From Chiloscyllium plagiosum (Eukaryota): a stretch of 34,536 bases of DNA. Of this stretch, positions 1 through 11,724 are shown piece by piece (position 1 is the stretch's first letter; every line of letters begins with the position of its first letter). The DNA is taken from the NCBI RefSeq assembly GCF_004010195.1, contig NC_057719.1, positions 4,017,902 to 4,052,437 of the forward strand, written 5' to 3'. Both the position numbers and the translations under genes were made by a program. The notes under the pieces are model-generated. The model made no database searches, was not told where the DNA came from, and was given only the letters and a program-made list of their open reading frames with translations.

Positions 1-103
1 AGTCGGGAGTGTGTTGCTTGGGCTTATGCCTGAAACGTTGATTCTTGTGATCCTCATGCTGCCTGACCTCTGTGCTTTTCCAGCAACACACTGTCAACTC
101 TGA
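1..103. mobile_element. Penelope-like terminal-repeat fragment (family A), foldback arrangement, runs off window start
   Basis: 1-18 (AGTCGGGAGTGTGTTGCT) matches 4211-4228 in the same orientation. 20-103 is the same repeat inverted (GGGCTTATGCCTGAAACGTTGATTC...CCAGCAACACACT). Hammerhead stem II and GAAAC are present; CUGANGA is lost at the junction. Confidence 0.75.
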
Positions 104-304
104 AGTCTCATCTGTTTTCATATTAAAGGGTATCGAGAGGCCTTTTTGTTTCTTTGTACCAAACCAGTCTGATCGGAAGTGGGAGCTGTTTATGACCCTC
201 TGAAAGAAACCAAAGGCACAGTATTCTTGAGAAAAGGAAAAGCTTTTAGAGAAAAGGGACCAACTTTGTGATATAGGAGAATGATTTTAAGTCTGCTCGC
301 TGGT

Positions 305-670
305 TTACTGCAGAATGTGCTGTTCTAGAAAATTGCCCTGAAAGCATTCTACCAACTCTTCATCTCGGCTCTCTTTGTCCGTCTGAACTTTACCAATGAA
401 TTGTGGATTAAAATCTCCCAAGATTATTGCCATGCCTTTCTGACAAAGTCTCAGTATTTCTTCCTTTATGCCTCTCCTTGCTGTGTGATTCCAAAGAAAT
501 GAATTTTTGCCTTTATTATTTATCATTTTTACCCAAACAGTTTTCACATCTTGGTTTCCTGAACTTAGGTCGTCCCTCTCTATTGGGCTAATCATTAACT
601 AACAACCTCTCCTTTTTTGGTTTCCTTTCATTCCTAAATGTCTTATCCTTCAAGTTACAGGTTCCATTCC
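305..670 (-). mobile_element. Decayed CR1 LINE ORF2 fragment, AP-endonuclease domain
   Basis: ORF 305-595 contains IILGDFN (APE motif) and EELVECFQGNFLEQHI, similar to FVQCVQEGFLTQYV of the CR1 at 15891-16151. Confidence 0.8.
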
Positions 671-1553
671 GTGTTATTCATGCATTCAGGAATATCAAAT
701 TTAAAACCGGCTCAACAATTTGTATAACCGGAGAAAAGGGAATGATCTGATTTCTGTGTAAAGTAAGTGACTTGTCTTCAAAATAATTCTTTAGTTGCAA
801 AGTACTGGCAGTATATTTTCTGTCTAAAGAAGTTCTGATCCAAAGGAAGTCGAAATGGAAACTATCAAGGGAGAGCGACATACAATCCATATTTAAAATT
901 CCATTCTCGGCGAGAAACCCATTTTTTTTTTTCTCACTACGGTTTGTAAATTGCTGACTCCAGATCGAAGGCCAAAAATAGTTTGAGTTCAAGGCTCTGA
1001 AATTGTGTTGTTAGAGAATAGCTTTCATAAACTCCTTCATGCTTAATAAATACAGGAGTTGGGATGAATTAAAGGAGAAACATAGTGTTTGGTTAATCAT
1101 TCCTCATCCACTGAGTCGAAAGTGCACCTCAAAGTATCTTTAAACTTGAAATGGCAACTGAAGTAGTATTCATTGACTACCTGTCAAACAAATGAACCCA
1201 TTGCTGCGTGGCGCCTCCAGAGAGGTGCTGTTTTGTGTGTGTCTGTGCAACAAGTGGTTGATTGAAAACAATACTCTTGAGTTTCTGCTTTCTAGTCATC
1301 TAGGTGATCCTAATTCAATGATGTAAGGCCCAAAGATGGCAGAAAAGAAAATAACAAAGATCCAACACTAATGTCAGTGTTAATTGGGCCCAGTTGTGCT
1401 GGACAGAAACATAATTGTTCAGTAATCTAATTAGTTATATGGTTTGACCTTATCATCCCATGGTGATGATTATTAGAAAGTTTGACAAGTGACCTGCAAT
1501 ATAAGCATAGCTTCATGTCTAAGCATGACCTGACCATTTACTTATCGACAATT

Positions 1554-1890
1554 GGGGAGACGATGGCCTAGTGGTATTATCACTGGACTGTTAATCCAGA
1601 GACCCAGGTCATGTTCTGGGGGCCTTGGTTCAAATCCTGCTATGGCAGATGGTGGAATTTGAATTCAATAAATATCTGGAATTAAGAATCTAATGACAAC
1701 AAATATCCATTGCCAGTTGTCAGAAAACACCCATCTGGTTCACTAATGTCTTTTAGGGAAAGGTGTCTGCTGTTCTTACCTGATCTACATGTGACTCCAG
1801 ACCTACAACAAAGTGGCTGACTTTCAACTACCCTCTGGGCAATCGGGAATAGGCAATAAATGCTGCCTAACCAGTGATGGCCCATTGTCC
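1554..1890 (+). mobile_element. tRNA-derived SINE (family 2) with LINE-derived tail
   Basis: A-box-like GATGGCCTAGTGG and B-box-like GGTTCAAATCC. Tail GGCAATAAATGCTGCCTAACCAGTGATG resembles the LINE 3' end at 8405-8600 (minus). Confidence 0.8.
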
Positions 1891-2382
1891 ACTTCAAACT
1901 AAATTCGGAGCAACATGGGAAAATGAAATGCTGCCTTTTTGATAAGGGTTTTGGGCTCAAATTCACCCAATAGCTTTCAGGACTTTTTCTATTCTTGGTG
2001 GTAGGTGGAGAAACCTTGCATTTGTTACTGGTCTTAAAGATCGAGGTACTTGACTGCCAAGTCAAAGTCCTGATGACTATACAGTGTAGCAGTATCCACA
2101 GTACTGTTAGATGAGGAATTCCAAATCTTGTTTGAACAATAATGTATTTCCCAGGTAGGAATGTGTTTCAGGAGAGCTTGCAGGTTGTAGTGTAATGCCT
2201 CACTGGCGTAGCACATTGGATATCAAGTCCAACTATTCTCAAAGTCAAAGTTACAATTCCCCAATTTACCTGCCATTTAAACCCAGGTAGACTGATAATT
2301 CTGACCGAGTTTCTGTTCCTAACAAGTAAATAGATTCAAATTTCACAGACAATTATGAACAATTGACACACAATTCTACTGG

Positions 2383-2519
2383 GTAAAAACAATGACTGCA
2401 GATGCTGGAAACCAGATTCTGGATTAGTGGTGCTGGAAGAGCACAGCAGTTCAGGCAGCATCCAAGCTCCTTGGATGCTGCCTGAACTGCTGTGCTCTTC
2501 CAGCACCACTAATCCAGAA
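2383..2519. mobile_element. Penelope-like foldback insertion: perfect 50-bp inverted repeat with 15-bp TSD
   Basis: Arms 2417-2466 and 2470-2519 are exact reverse complements (loop CTC). Flanked by ACACAATTCTACTGG (2368-2382) and ACACAGTTCTACTGG (2519-2533). Related to 4180-4276 and 33544-33670. Confidence 0.88.
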
Positions 2520-3544
2520 CACAGTTCTACTGGTTAAAACTCTAATCTACTGATAACCAACCCCGACACAGACAAAGCATGTGTTATTGGTAGAGAGAAA
2601 GACTGAGCAGGCTCATCGGTGGGTTATTCCTGAAAAGAGTGAGCGATTGGGTTGTCACATCCTGCAAGACTGAAAAATACCCCCCAACCCAAAAATCGCC
2701 AGACATGTCAGCAGAACAAATTAACCTTTTAAAGTCTCATTCCCACTTTTTATCATTCTATGATAATCAACTAAATGGGGTTGACAAAGTTGTTACCAGC
2801 TTAGTCACAAGAATCTGACAGCCAGTATTTAAGCAAGTTATTGACACGCAACATACGATGGTTATAACAACAAGAATTACTAGTCTATGTAGTACATATA
2901 ATCCCCAGAATCCTCCCACGTGGAAAAAGTGTTCACCAGTAAAGTTCTTAAATCCTCAGTCCTTAGTGACCACTCCATTTCCACCTCACCAAGTTGAGTG
3001 GAATCGAGCAAGTTATCCGAAATCTCTTTCCGTAAAGTCCAAGCTGAAAACAAAATCTAGTCTGGCAGGGGTCAGTTCTGTTGTGTACAGTGGATAGGGA
3101 GCCCAGGCCTCTGGGGATGCAGAGATTAGTGCTGTTCTTGCAAGCTTGAAGGGGTCCCATGCAATGAAGTGTGCTCACAAGGCAAGGTGCATATGTAGGG
3201 TTAGATGTAGCCATCTGTTTGCTTTTGGCCATCTTCCTGTTCAACTTAGCAAATTCCAACCGGAGATTCTGAGGATTTTTGGAGTCAAATCAAATGCCAT
3301 TTAAGGCTTTTTTTGCTTCTGCTATCAAATGTAACAAAACCAACTGGCTGTTTTGATGTTAGTTTGATCAGTGAACCTTCATATTCCTTAAATGATCGAA
3401 AGAGAAGGTAAAGCTCACGTGGTTTAATATCCATAGGAAGGCCACTGACAAAAACCGTACGGACCTCCTCTTCACCATTTGTGAATGGGGTGCTAATCTA
3501 CCGGGCTACTTTGTCTTCCACGATGTTTTGAGTATTTTTGGAGT

Positions 3545-4170
3545 CGCACTTGTCCAGCCAAGTGGGGAGTTTATTGTCAGATGTCTGATCGTTTTGGAGA
3601 TGGTGGACAGGCTTAGGAGGTGAGTTAACTGCTCTGGGTTCTTAGCCTTAGATATGTTCTTTTAGCTACCATATTTATATTGCTAGTTTAATTCAATTTT
3701 CCATCAATAGTAATCCCCAGGATTAGTGATTGTGATATAATGTCAGTGAATGTCTAAGGAGCAATGGTTAATTCTCATTTGTTGGGGATGGCCAGCTATG
3801 TTGTTTCATTGGAGATGGTCATCGCCCATCACTTGTCTGGTGCGAATGTCATTTACCACTTGCCAGCACAAATTTGGGTATTTTCTAGGTCTTGTTGCAT
3901 TTGGGCCCCTGATAATTGGGAGTAGGCTTATGGGGCTGTAACTGGCTAGGTTGAATTACCTGTGGATTTTGTACTGGATATTCCCAGGCCATTTTCCACA
4001 TTTTTGGAAAGATGCCAGTTGTTGTATCTGTACAGGAATAGCATGTTAGGATTACAACAAAATCTGGAGTACAGTCTTGAGTATTATTTCTGGAATGATG
4101 TCAAGGCACTTAATCTTGCAGTATTCATTGCCCTTGGTTGTTCCTTGCTATCACATGAAGTTAATGGCTA
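3545..4170 (-). mobile_element. Old decayed LINE ORF2 fragment (second LINE family, CR1/L2 group)
   Basis: Shares blocks with 11890-12070 (GACAGGC...AGGAGGTGAGTTA...TAGCYAC...ATATTTATAT...CCCCAGG). Confidence 0.6.
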
Positions 4171-4179
4171 AAGCTTGGT

Positions 4180-4276
4180 GAAAGTGAGAACTGCAGATGC
4201 TGGAGATCAGAGTCGAGAGTGTGTTGCTGGAAAAGCACAGAAGGTCAGGCAGCATCTGAGGTGCAGGAGAATTGAT
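4180..4276 (-). mobile_element. Penelope-like terminal-repeat fragment (family A), truncated before the ribozyme core
   Basis: GAAAGTGAGAACTGCAGATGCTGGAGATCAGAGTCGAGAGTGTGTTGCTGGAAAAGCAC... is near-identical to 33545-33640. Confidence 0.8.
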
Positions 4277-4320
4277 TTTTTTTTTGTTCCTTCCTGATTT
4301 GTACAACAACATCAATGATT

Positions 4321-4710
4321 AAGGGGAGATCTAATAGAAACTTACAAGATAATACATGGCTTGGAGAGGGTGGACGCTAGGAAATTGTTTCCGTTAGGCG
4401 AGGAGACTAGGACCCGTGAACACAGCCTTAGAATTAGAGTGGGTAAATTCAGAACAGAAATGCGGAGATATTTCTTCAGCCAGAGAGTGGTGGGCCTGTG
4501 GAATTCATTGCCGCAGAGTGCAGTGGAGGCTGGGACGCTAAATGTCTTCAAGGCAGAAATTGATAAATTCTTGATGTCACAAGGAATTAAGGGCTACGGG
4601 GAGAATGCGGGTAAGTGGAGTTGAAATGCCCATCAGCCATGATTGAAAGGCGGAGTGGACTCGATGGGCCGAATGGCCTTACTTCCGCTCCTATGTCTTA
4701 TGGTCTTATG
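4321..4710 (+). mobile_element. 5'-truncated CR1 LINE (ORF2 C-terminus and 3' UTR)
   Basis: ORF 4361-4624 ...FFSQRVVGLWNSLP...GIKGYGENAGKWS. Tail GATGGGCCGAATGGCCT...CCTATGTCTTATGGTCTTATG. Confidence 0.92.
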
Positions 4711-4894
4711 ACTGGAGATGGGATTTGGTATTAAAATATTATCGTGATGGCTGCAGATGTAAGGTGTGACTACTTGGATAACTGGCCAGGTTGACTTTGC
4801 TAGGTGAAATAAAATCAAGGTGGGATGGTTGTTCTTCAGAATACTTGGCAGGAGTAAATATTAAAAACAAGTTTTCTAATGTGCTGCACAAGAA

Positions 4895-5276
4895 TGGTGT
4901 GCAGTTCTGGACGACAGACTAGGAAAGATGTGGAGGCTTTGGAGAGGGTGCAAAAGAGGTTTACCAGGATGCTGCCTGGATTGGAGCATATTAATTATCA
5001 GGAGAAACTTGGATTGTTTGCATGGTGACCTGATTCATGAGGTTTAGACAATATGGATAGTCAGAGTCTTTCTCCAAGGTTGGAAATGCCACATACTAGG
5101 CAGTAAAGTGAGAGGGGTAATGTGAGTTTAAAGTAGATTTGCAAGGCAAGTTTTTTTTATGCAGAGGGTGGTAGGTGCCTAAATTTAGACTGCCAAGAAG
5201 GTGGTAGAAACAGATAGAGCAATGTTTAAGGTATTTAGGCAGACACATGAACAGGCAGTGAATAAAGGGATATAAA
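4895..5276 (+). mobile_element. Decayed CR1 ORF2 3' fragment
   Basis: TGTGCAGTTCTGG...GGAGAGGGTGCAAAAGAGGTTTACCAGGATGCTGCCTGGA (ERVQKRFTRMLPG); many indels. Confidence 0.85.
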
Positions 5277-5278
5277 TT

Positions 5279-5358
5279 AGAGTGGTGCTGGAAAAGTACA
5301 GCAGATCAGGCAGCATCTGAGGAGCAGAAAAATCGATGTTTCGGGCAAAAGCCCTTCA
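5279..5358 (-). mobile_element. Penelope-like terminal-repeat fragment (family A) with partial hammerhead
   Basis: Minus strand reads TGAAGGGCTTTTGCCCGAAACATCGATT; the 5' part of the core is missing. Confidence 0.75.
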
Positions 5359-7064
5359 AAATTAATAGCATTTTTCATTCCCACAGTTATGTTGTGCATA
5401 ATTGCTATTGTACAGTAACCGTGAAGAATGTATTTGTTGTGTGAAACAGTAGAATAAATGCAGCAAATCCTTTCCTCCTTCCTCAGTGTTTTTTCTTTTC
5501 CTCCCAACCCCAAAACTAACAAAACAGATTAACCGTTATTCTTCCAACTGAATTAGTTTAAATTTACAAATCAATGGTACTTCTTTTGAATCTCCAATTT
5601 AGTGTCTCCTCATGAAGTCAAAGTAGTTTTATTATTGATGCTGATCCGTTTGATTCTGGTGCTGTTACTAACAATACTGGGCCATTACTCTTCAATTTTT
5701 CTTCCTTCACCTTTTCCACTCCCTCTCACTTTCTTTCTTCCATTTAATATGGGATTAAGAATGCATTAAAAGCAACAGACAATAGTAAGTACAATGACAT
5801 TCAGAGGCCACCCATATTAACAAAGGAAGTGGTACACCAAAGGCTGTCACTTTTGAGGTAATTTCACAATAGAGTGTGGTTTGCAGACTGAAGTCACTTG
5901 TGCATTCTAATTCTTGACGTTTAGAATATATAATCCTGTTTGGATAGCTGGTAAATATTGCAAAGTAAATCTAAAGTTTTGATTTGGTTAAGCTGTGAAA
6001 TGAAATCCTGTCTAAGCAAAATTGAAACAACTTGTCTTTTGTCACAACGTTTTGTCTTCTCTAGACCAAATATGCAGGTGGCATTTTAAAGTATGAAACA
6101 GTGGCTCTTTTGATATAGCTAATGGCTATCTCTTAAGGTGCCATAAGGGAGTAGAGTGAATTATGCATTTCTTTCCTCCCTGAGGATCTTTTTGTCTAGC
6201 CAGTCTATCAGGGATGGAGAATGTAATGATTGCTGTGTTGACTTATTAATGTCATGGATGGATTTCATGCATTATTTTAGACTTCTGCTGTTTTGGGGTA
6301 AAATAGTTCCCATGAGCAAATTGTAAAATTTCTAAACATAAATGTAAGGAGTTTGTAGTAATTGCAGATCACTATGTACTTGGAAAATCTGTCATGGCTG
6401 GAACTAGGATGATAAATATCTCCACGTGTATATGCTGAAAGGATAACAAAAGTGGCAAATGTCCCAAGTGTGTTATTGTCAGCATTACATATGGAGATGA
6501 ACTTAATGTCATTACTGGTCAAGACAGATGTTATTTTTCCTGAGTGCTTTTTAAAATCAGAAGGACTGTGCCACTGCTATTTCCTTCTCACCACAACTCC
6601 TTTTCAATCTGTGACCCCTCTGTTCCATGCTTGTGCTGTGGAACCTTGTTTAAAAACTGCTCTGCTTGAATTTCCAAATTGCGTATCAGAAGGTGCATGT
6701 TGTTGGTAGGGAGATTATAGCTGAATTTATCCTATTAAGTGCGTACGCATACCAACATGTCCACTGGATAGCCATTGGTGTGGTTGACTTTCCTTTTGTG
6801 TTGTAGGCATTGTGCCCAACAGTGCTGTTCCAGACATTGCTCTGATGGAAAAGGCGAGTCTGGTCAACAAAATATCGAAGTATTAATGTTTATTCCTTAA
6901 AAACAGATTAATTTAGCCTCGACTGCTGGTCCTCGACCTCACTATATTGAAATGTGACTGACTTTTTAAAAAGATTTTAAGGCAATAATTTGTGTTTTTG
7001 GTTCACTGAGTAATGTGATTGACCACCACCCATTCCCGAGTGCAGAAAGTCTTCCTGTACTGTC

Positions 7065-7522
7065 GAGTTCTACAGCACAAAACAGACCCTTCATTCCCTT
7101 CGTCCGCGACGGCCATATGTGACCTAGTGCCATTTGCCAGCATTTGGCCTATATCCCTCTAAACACTTCCAATTCATATACCCATCCAGAATCCTTTTAA
7201 ATGTTGTAATTGTATCCACGTCCACCCCACACACTGGCAGCTTGTTCCATACAAGCTTTCTCTGCGTAAAAAAAGTTACCTCTCTGTTCCTTTTTAAATC
7301 TTTCCCCCTCACCTTAAACCTATGCTGTCTAGTTTTGGGCTCCCCCACCCTATGAAAAAGACCTTGGATCTTCACTTTATCCATGTCTCTCTCGATTTTG
7401 TAAACCTCTATAAGGTCACCCTTAGCATCTGATGTTCCAGGAGAAAAGAATGCCCCAGCCTATTCAGCCTCTCCCAATAACTCTAACCCTCGAGTCCCAG
7501 CAACACCCTTGTATATCTTTTC
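7065..7522 (-). mobile_element. 5'-truncated CR1 LINE
   Basis: ORF 7124-7384 ...FFTQRKLVWNKLP...CLEGYRPNAGKW; CR1 tail at ~7070-7100. Confidence 0.9.
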
Positions 7523-8139
7523 TTTTCATAACTATGTCCACAGGCTAGTACAATCTCTGTGCAGTGCGCTCTCAGTTATCTGAATATTATTAGTGAGAAA
7601 CAAAAGTGAAACCTAATTTTAATTCACTTTACATCCCTTTATACTTGCATTGTCTAGACATGTTGCATAGATTGACTTCTGCTTTTCAACAAAAATGCAT
7701 GCAATGTCTGAATTTAATCTTCAAACGTTGGTTAAAAAACTTTAAATCCTAATGCAAAAACACAATTTGACTAACTTAATAAACATTTTTTAAAAAGTGA
7801 CCTTGAAAATTATTTTGGCCATCTGTGACATGCACATTGCCGGTTTCTTACCAAGTTAAACAAAGAAGATCTTGTAACCAAAAGTCAAAGTGCACACTGT
7901 GTTCTGGTTCATGACCATCATTAGGATATCAACAAAGTACTCTTCAGATGTGGAAAAAGTTTCACAGACTTTTGTTCTTAATCTGAAGAATGGTTTAAAC
8001 CAAAGAAAGCGAGGATGTAAACAAATGACAACAGGAACAAGAGAAGTTTTTATATTTTGTGGGGATAATTGGTGTTTCTGGCAAGACCTGTACTTGTTGC
8101 CCACAAACTGTGTGGATTGCCAGGCTAGTTAAGCGTCAA

Positions 8140-8395
8140 CTACATTTCTGTGGATCTGGAATTATGTAGGCCAGACTAAGTGAGGATGGCAAATTCCTTT
8201 CCTTAAAGGGATCTGATGGGTTTTTAAGATGATGATGGTTTCATGGCTACCTTGCCTGAGATGAGCTTTTAATTTTGGATTTATTAGTGATTTTTGATCC
8301 CATCATCTGCCATAATGGGATTTGAATCTGCCTCCCCAAAGCATTAACCTGGGCCTTTGCATTACTACTCTGCGTTAACATTATGCCGTGGCCCA
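8140..8395 (-). mobile_element. Decayed SINE family 2 copy
   Basis: Reverse complement aligns by eye to 1554-1810 (GATTCAAATCCCATTATGGCAGATG...; TCTGGCCTACAT). Confidence 0.7.
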
Positions 8396-8404
8396 TTGCA
8401 CATT

Positions 8405-8600
8405 TTTTTTTATACTCATCTTGTGGGATGTGGGCATCACTGGCTGGCCAGCATTTATTGCTCATCTCAAGTACCCTTGAGAATGTGGTGGTGAGCTGCT
8501 TTCTTGAACTGCTGTAGTGCACCTGCTGTGGGTTGAACCACAAAGCCGTTAGGGAGGAAATGCCTGGATTTTGACCCAGCGACAGTGATTGAAGCATATC
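8405..8600 (-). mobile_element. 3' end of second LINE family with A-rich tail
   Basis: Minus strand GGGTCAAAATCCAGGC...AAGCAGCTCACCACCACATTCTCAAGGG...CAATAAATGCTGGCC...TATAAAAAAAA; homologous to 8892-9040 and 18423-18640. Confidence 0.8.
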
Positions 8601-8726
8601 AATTGTACTGACTTTGGTGAATATTCCTCTTGGTGTAGAAGTGCCCATATATTTTCTTGAATAAAGTCAGTGATAAAAGGATAGTGGTTATAAAATCTTT
8701 GTATTGCAGATCCTTTAACCAAATAA

Positions 8727-8878
8727 CAGAACACAGAACAGTACAACACAGTACAGGCCCTTCGGCCCTTGATGTTGTGCCAACCTTTTATCCTACTCTA
8801 AGATCAGACTAGCCTCCATACCCTGCATTATACTATCATCCATGTGTCTATCCAAGAGTCGTTTAAATGTCCCTAATC
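8727..8878 (-). mobile_element. CR1 3' tail fragment
   Basis: CAGAACACAGAACAGTACAACACAGTACAGGCCCTTCGGCCCTTGATGTTGTGCC is the same tail type as 33683-33740. Confidence 0.85.
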
Positions 8879-8891
8879 CCCTCCAAGCCCC

Positions 8892-9040
8892 TCACCATCC
8901 TGACTTGGAAATATATCCCATTCCTTCACTGTTACTGGGTCAGAACCCTGGAATTCCCTCCCTACCAGCATTGTGGGTCAACCCACAGCAAGTGGACTAC
9001 AGCAATTCAACAAGGCAGCTCACCCCACATTCTCAAGGGA
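8892..9040 (+). mobile_element. 3' fragment of second LINE family
   Basis: CACCATCCTGACTTGGAAATATA...AAGGCAGCTCACC is shared with 18423-18570. Confidence 0.8.
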
Positions 9041-9534
9041 CAATAATCAGCAATCGAAAGTGTGCAGATATATTTTGTCGTATGGTTCAACAAAAAGACT
9101 GGAAGTGGTGGCACAAGTAGCAGTTTACCAGGGCTCAAAATTAAACGTAAAACAAGCATTACTTTGGCACGCTTGATAATGTTCTTCGCTTTTAGTAAGA
9201 GGTTTTACTGTACATTGAATATCTTGGTCAGTTATTAAGTTTGTATGCTTATCACATAAGAAACATTATGCAAATTTTGATTCTGATGGCAAGTCCGTGT
9301 TTTGTCATCTCCACTAAGATTTTATTTGTGAAATGCTGCTTCATTGATGGGGATGCCATTACCAATGGTTTCCTTGCCCATTTGTACCCTTAAAAGATCA
9401 AAGAAAATCACTGTAAATGTGATGAGCATGACAATTCCATTGCAGAATATCTTTTTGCTAACAATCTATGCATATTTCTAAAAGCTGTGCAGATATAAAA
9501 TTTGCCATGTTTCAACAATTAAAATTGTACTTTG

Positions 9535-9985
9535 AATAAGACGTAGGAGCAGAAGTAGACAATTCAACCCTTTGAGCCTGCTTCACCATTCAATATGATC
9601 ATGGCTGATATCATCTCAGCCTCAACTCCACTTTCCTACCTACTCTCTATAAACCCTTCAATGCATTGCTAATTAAAAATCTAACACCTCATCAAATTTA
9701 TTCAGTGTGTGAGCATCCACTGAAATCTGGGATAGTGAATTCAACAGATTCAAAATTTTTTGAGAAATAATTTCACCTTATCTCTGTTTTAAATCTGCTA
9801 TTTATCCTACAACAATGACCTCTTATTCTAGATTGTCCCACGAGAGGATATATCTACTTTGTCGATCACCTTTTAGCATTTTATGTTCCTCAATTAAATC
9901 TCCTCTCATTTTCTTAGAACTCTAGAGAGTATAGGCCCAAACTGTCCAATCTTTCTTCAGAAGACAAATCCCTTATCTCTGAATC
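9535..9985 (-). mobile_element. Decayed 5'-truncated CR1
   Basis: Tail ATAAGACGTAGGAGCAGAAGTAGACAATTCAACCC...CCATTCAATATGATCATGGCTGAT is the reverse complement of the 4630-4710 tail type. Confidence 0.8.
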
Positions 9986-9989
9986 AGAC

Positions 9990-10292
9990 AACACAAAAGA
10001 AGCCCTTTTAGCCCAACAAATTTGTACTGCCAAAAATATACTACCACCTACACTCATCCCACTTTCCAGCACTTGTCATAACACTCAAGGCTATGGGCCA
10101 TTTCAAGAGGTGATCCAAATACATTTTAAATGTTGGGGTTTCCTGCCTGAACTACAAGCTCGATCAGTGGCTTCCAGACCCCTGCCACCCTCGGGGTTAA
10201 AGTTTTCCTCACATCTTGTCTCAACCTTCTGCATTTTGCTTTGTTTTTGACCCTCAACTAAGGGAAATAGCTCCTTTCTATCCACTCTAGCC
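9990..10292 (-). mobile_element. Decayed CR1 3' fragment
   Basis: ORF 10103-10294 begins MARVDRKELFPLVEG. Confidence 0.7.
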
Positions 10293-10639
10293 ATAAGATA
10301 TTGGCGTAGAATTAGGCCATTCAGCCATCATGAGATTGCGGTGTTTCAAACTTGGATGCCCAGAAATTCTGATCAGCAAAGTTGTCAGTAGTTCTCACTG
10401 GTAGAACGTTGAATCAAATAGAATGATATCCACGATGAGTGGAAGCTCTGGACTGGTGAGTCCTAATTAGCAGAATTGCTTTCATATCGCTCGAAAAACC
10501 ACTCAGAAGTGAGCCATACTAGAGCCAAATAGAGTTCTGGGCAAGTCATTATTTAACATCAGGATCTCTGTGAAAGGCTGGTCACATGATGCAATTACAG
10601 CTAAACCTGAAAGAAAATTGAAAAGTTTTTGTATCCATT

Positions 10640-10810
10640 CTTGAGATGTGAGCTTTAGCTGGGCCAGTATGGTGTCTGTACACCAACAATGTGTTAACGG
10701 AGACCCAACAATACTAAAGAGACAGCAGTATATTTCCAAGTCAGGCTATTGAGTGACTTGGAAATGAACATGCAAGTTATGGTGATCCTCATTCTATGTA
10801 TCTGCTCTTC
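10640..10810 (-). mobile_element. Decayed 3' fragment of second LINE family
   Basis: TATATTTCCAAGTCAGG at 10729-10745 is the reverse complement of CCTGACTTGGAAATATA. Confidence 0.55.
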
Positions 10811-10814
10811 CTAC

Positions 10815-11718
10815 TTATAGGGTCATAAAGATGTACAGCACAGAAACAGACCCTTCGGTCCAACCCATCCATGTCGACCAGATATCTCAACCCAATCTAG
10901 TTCCACCTGCCATCACCTGGCCCATATCCCTCTAAACCCTTCCCATTCATATAACCATCCAAATGCCTTTTAAATATTGCAATTGTACTAGCCTCCATCA
11001 CTTCCTCTGGCAGCTCATTCCATACAATCATCACCCTCTGAGTGAAAACGTTGCCCCTTAGGTCTCTTTTATATCTTTCCCCTCTCTCCCTAAACCTATG
11101 TCCTCAAGTTCTGGACTCCCCCAGGGGAAAGACTTTTTGTCTATTTATCCTATCCATACCCCCCATGATTTTGTAAGTCTCTATAATGTCACCCCTCAGC
11201 CTCCGACGCTCCTGGGAAAACAGCCCCAGCCTGTTCAGCCTCTCCCTATAGCTCAGATCTTCCAACCGTGGCAACATCCTTGTAAATTTTTTCTGAACCC
11301 TTTCAAGTTTCACAACATCTTTCCGACAGGAAGGAAAACAGAATTGCACGCAATATTCCAACGGTGATCTAACCAAAGTCCCGTACAGTCGCAACATGAC
11401 CTCCTAACTCCTGTACTCAATACTCTGACCAATAAAGGAAAGCATACCAAACACTGCCTTCACTACCATATCTTCCTGTGACTCCACTTTCAAGGAACTA
11501 TGAACCTGCACTCCAAGGTCTCTTTGTTCAGCAACACTCCCCAGAACCTTACCATTAAGTGTATAAGTCCTGCTAAGATTTGCTTTCCCAAAATGCCACA
11601 CCTTGCATTTATCTGAATTAAACTCCATCTGCCACTTCTCAGCCTATTGGCCCATCTGGTCAAGATCCTGTTGTAATCTGAGGTAACCTCCTTCACTGTC
11701 CAGTACACCTCCAATTTT
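10815..11718 (-). mobile_element. 5'-truncated CR1 (HER1-like) LINE
   Basis: ORFs MEFNSDKCKVWHFGK... and LEYCVQF...ERVQKKFTRMLP...RGDIIETYKIM; same subfamily as 25375-26466. Confidence 0.95.
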
Positions 11719-11724
11719 CTCATG

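Noticed and set aside
678..992. 104-aa minus-strand ORF
   Set aside because: Non-ATG start, crosses a homopolymer run, no recognisable homology.
2417..2519. DNA-transposon MITE
   Set aside because: Arms are retroelement terminal-repeat sequence found singly elsewhere in the window; asymmetric ends and a 15-bp TSD fit a PLE.
6050..6083. Possible 13-nt micro-exon (CTAG|ACCAAATATGCAG|GTGGCA)
   Set aside because: Donor is weak beyond GT; not distinguishable from chance.
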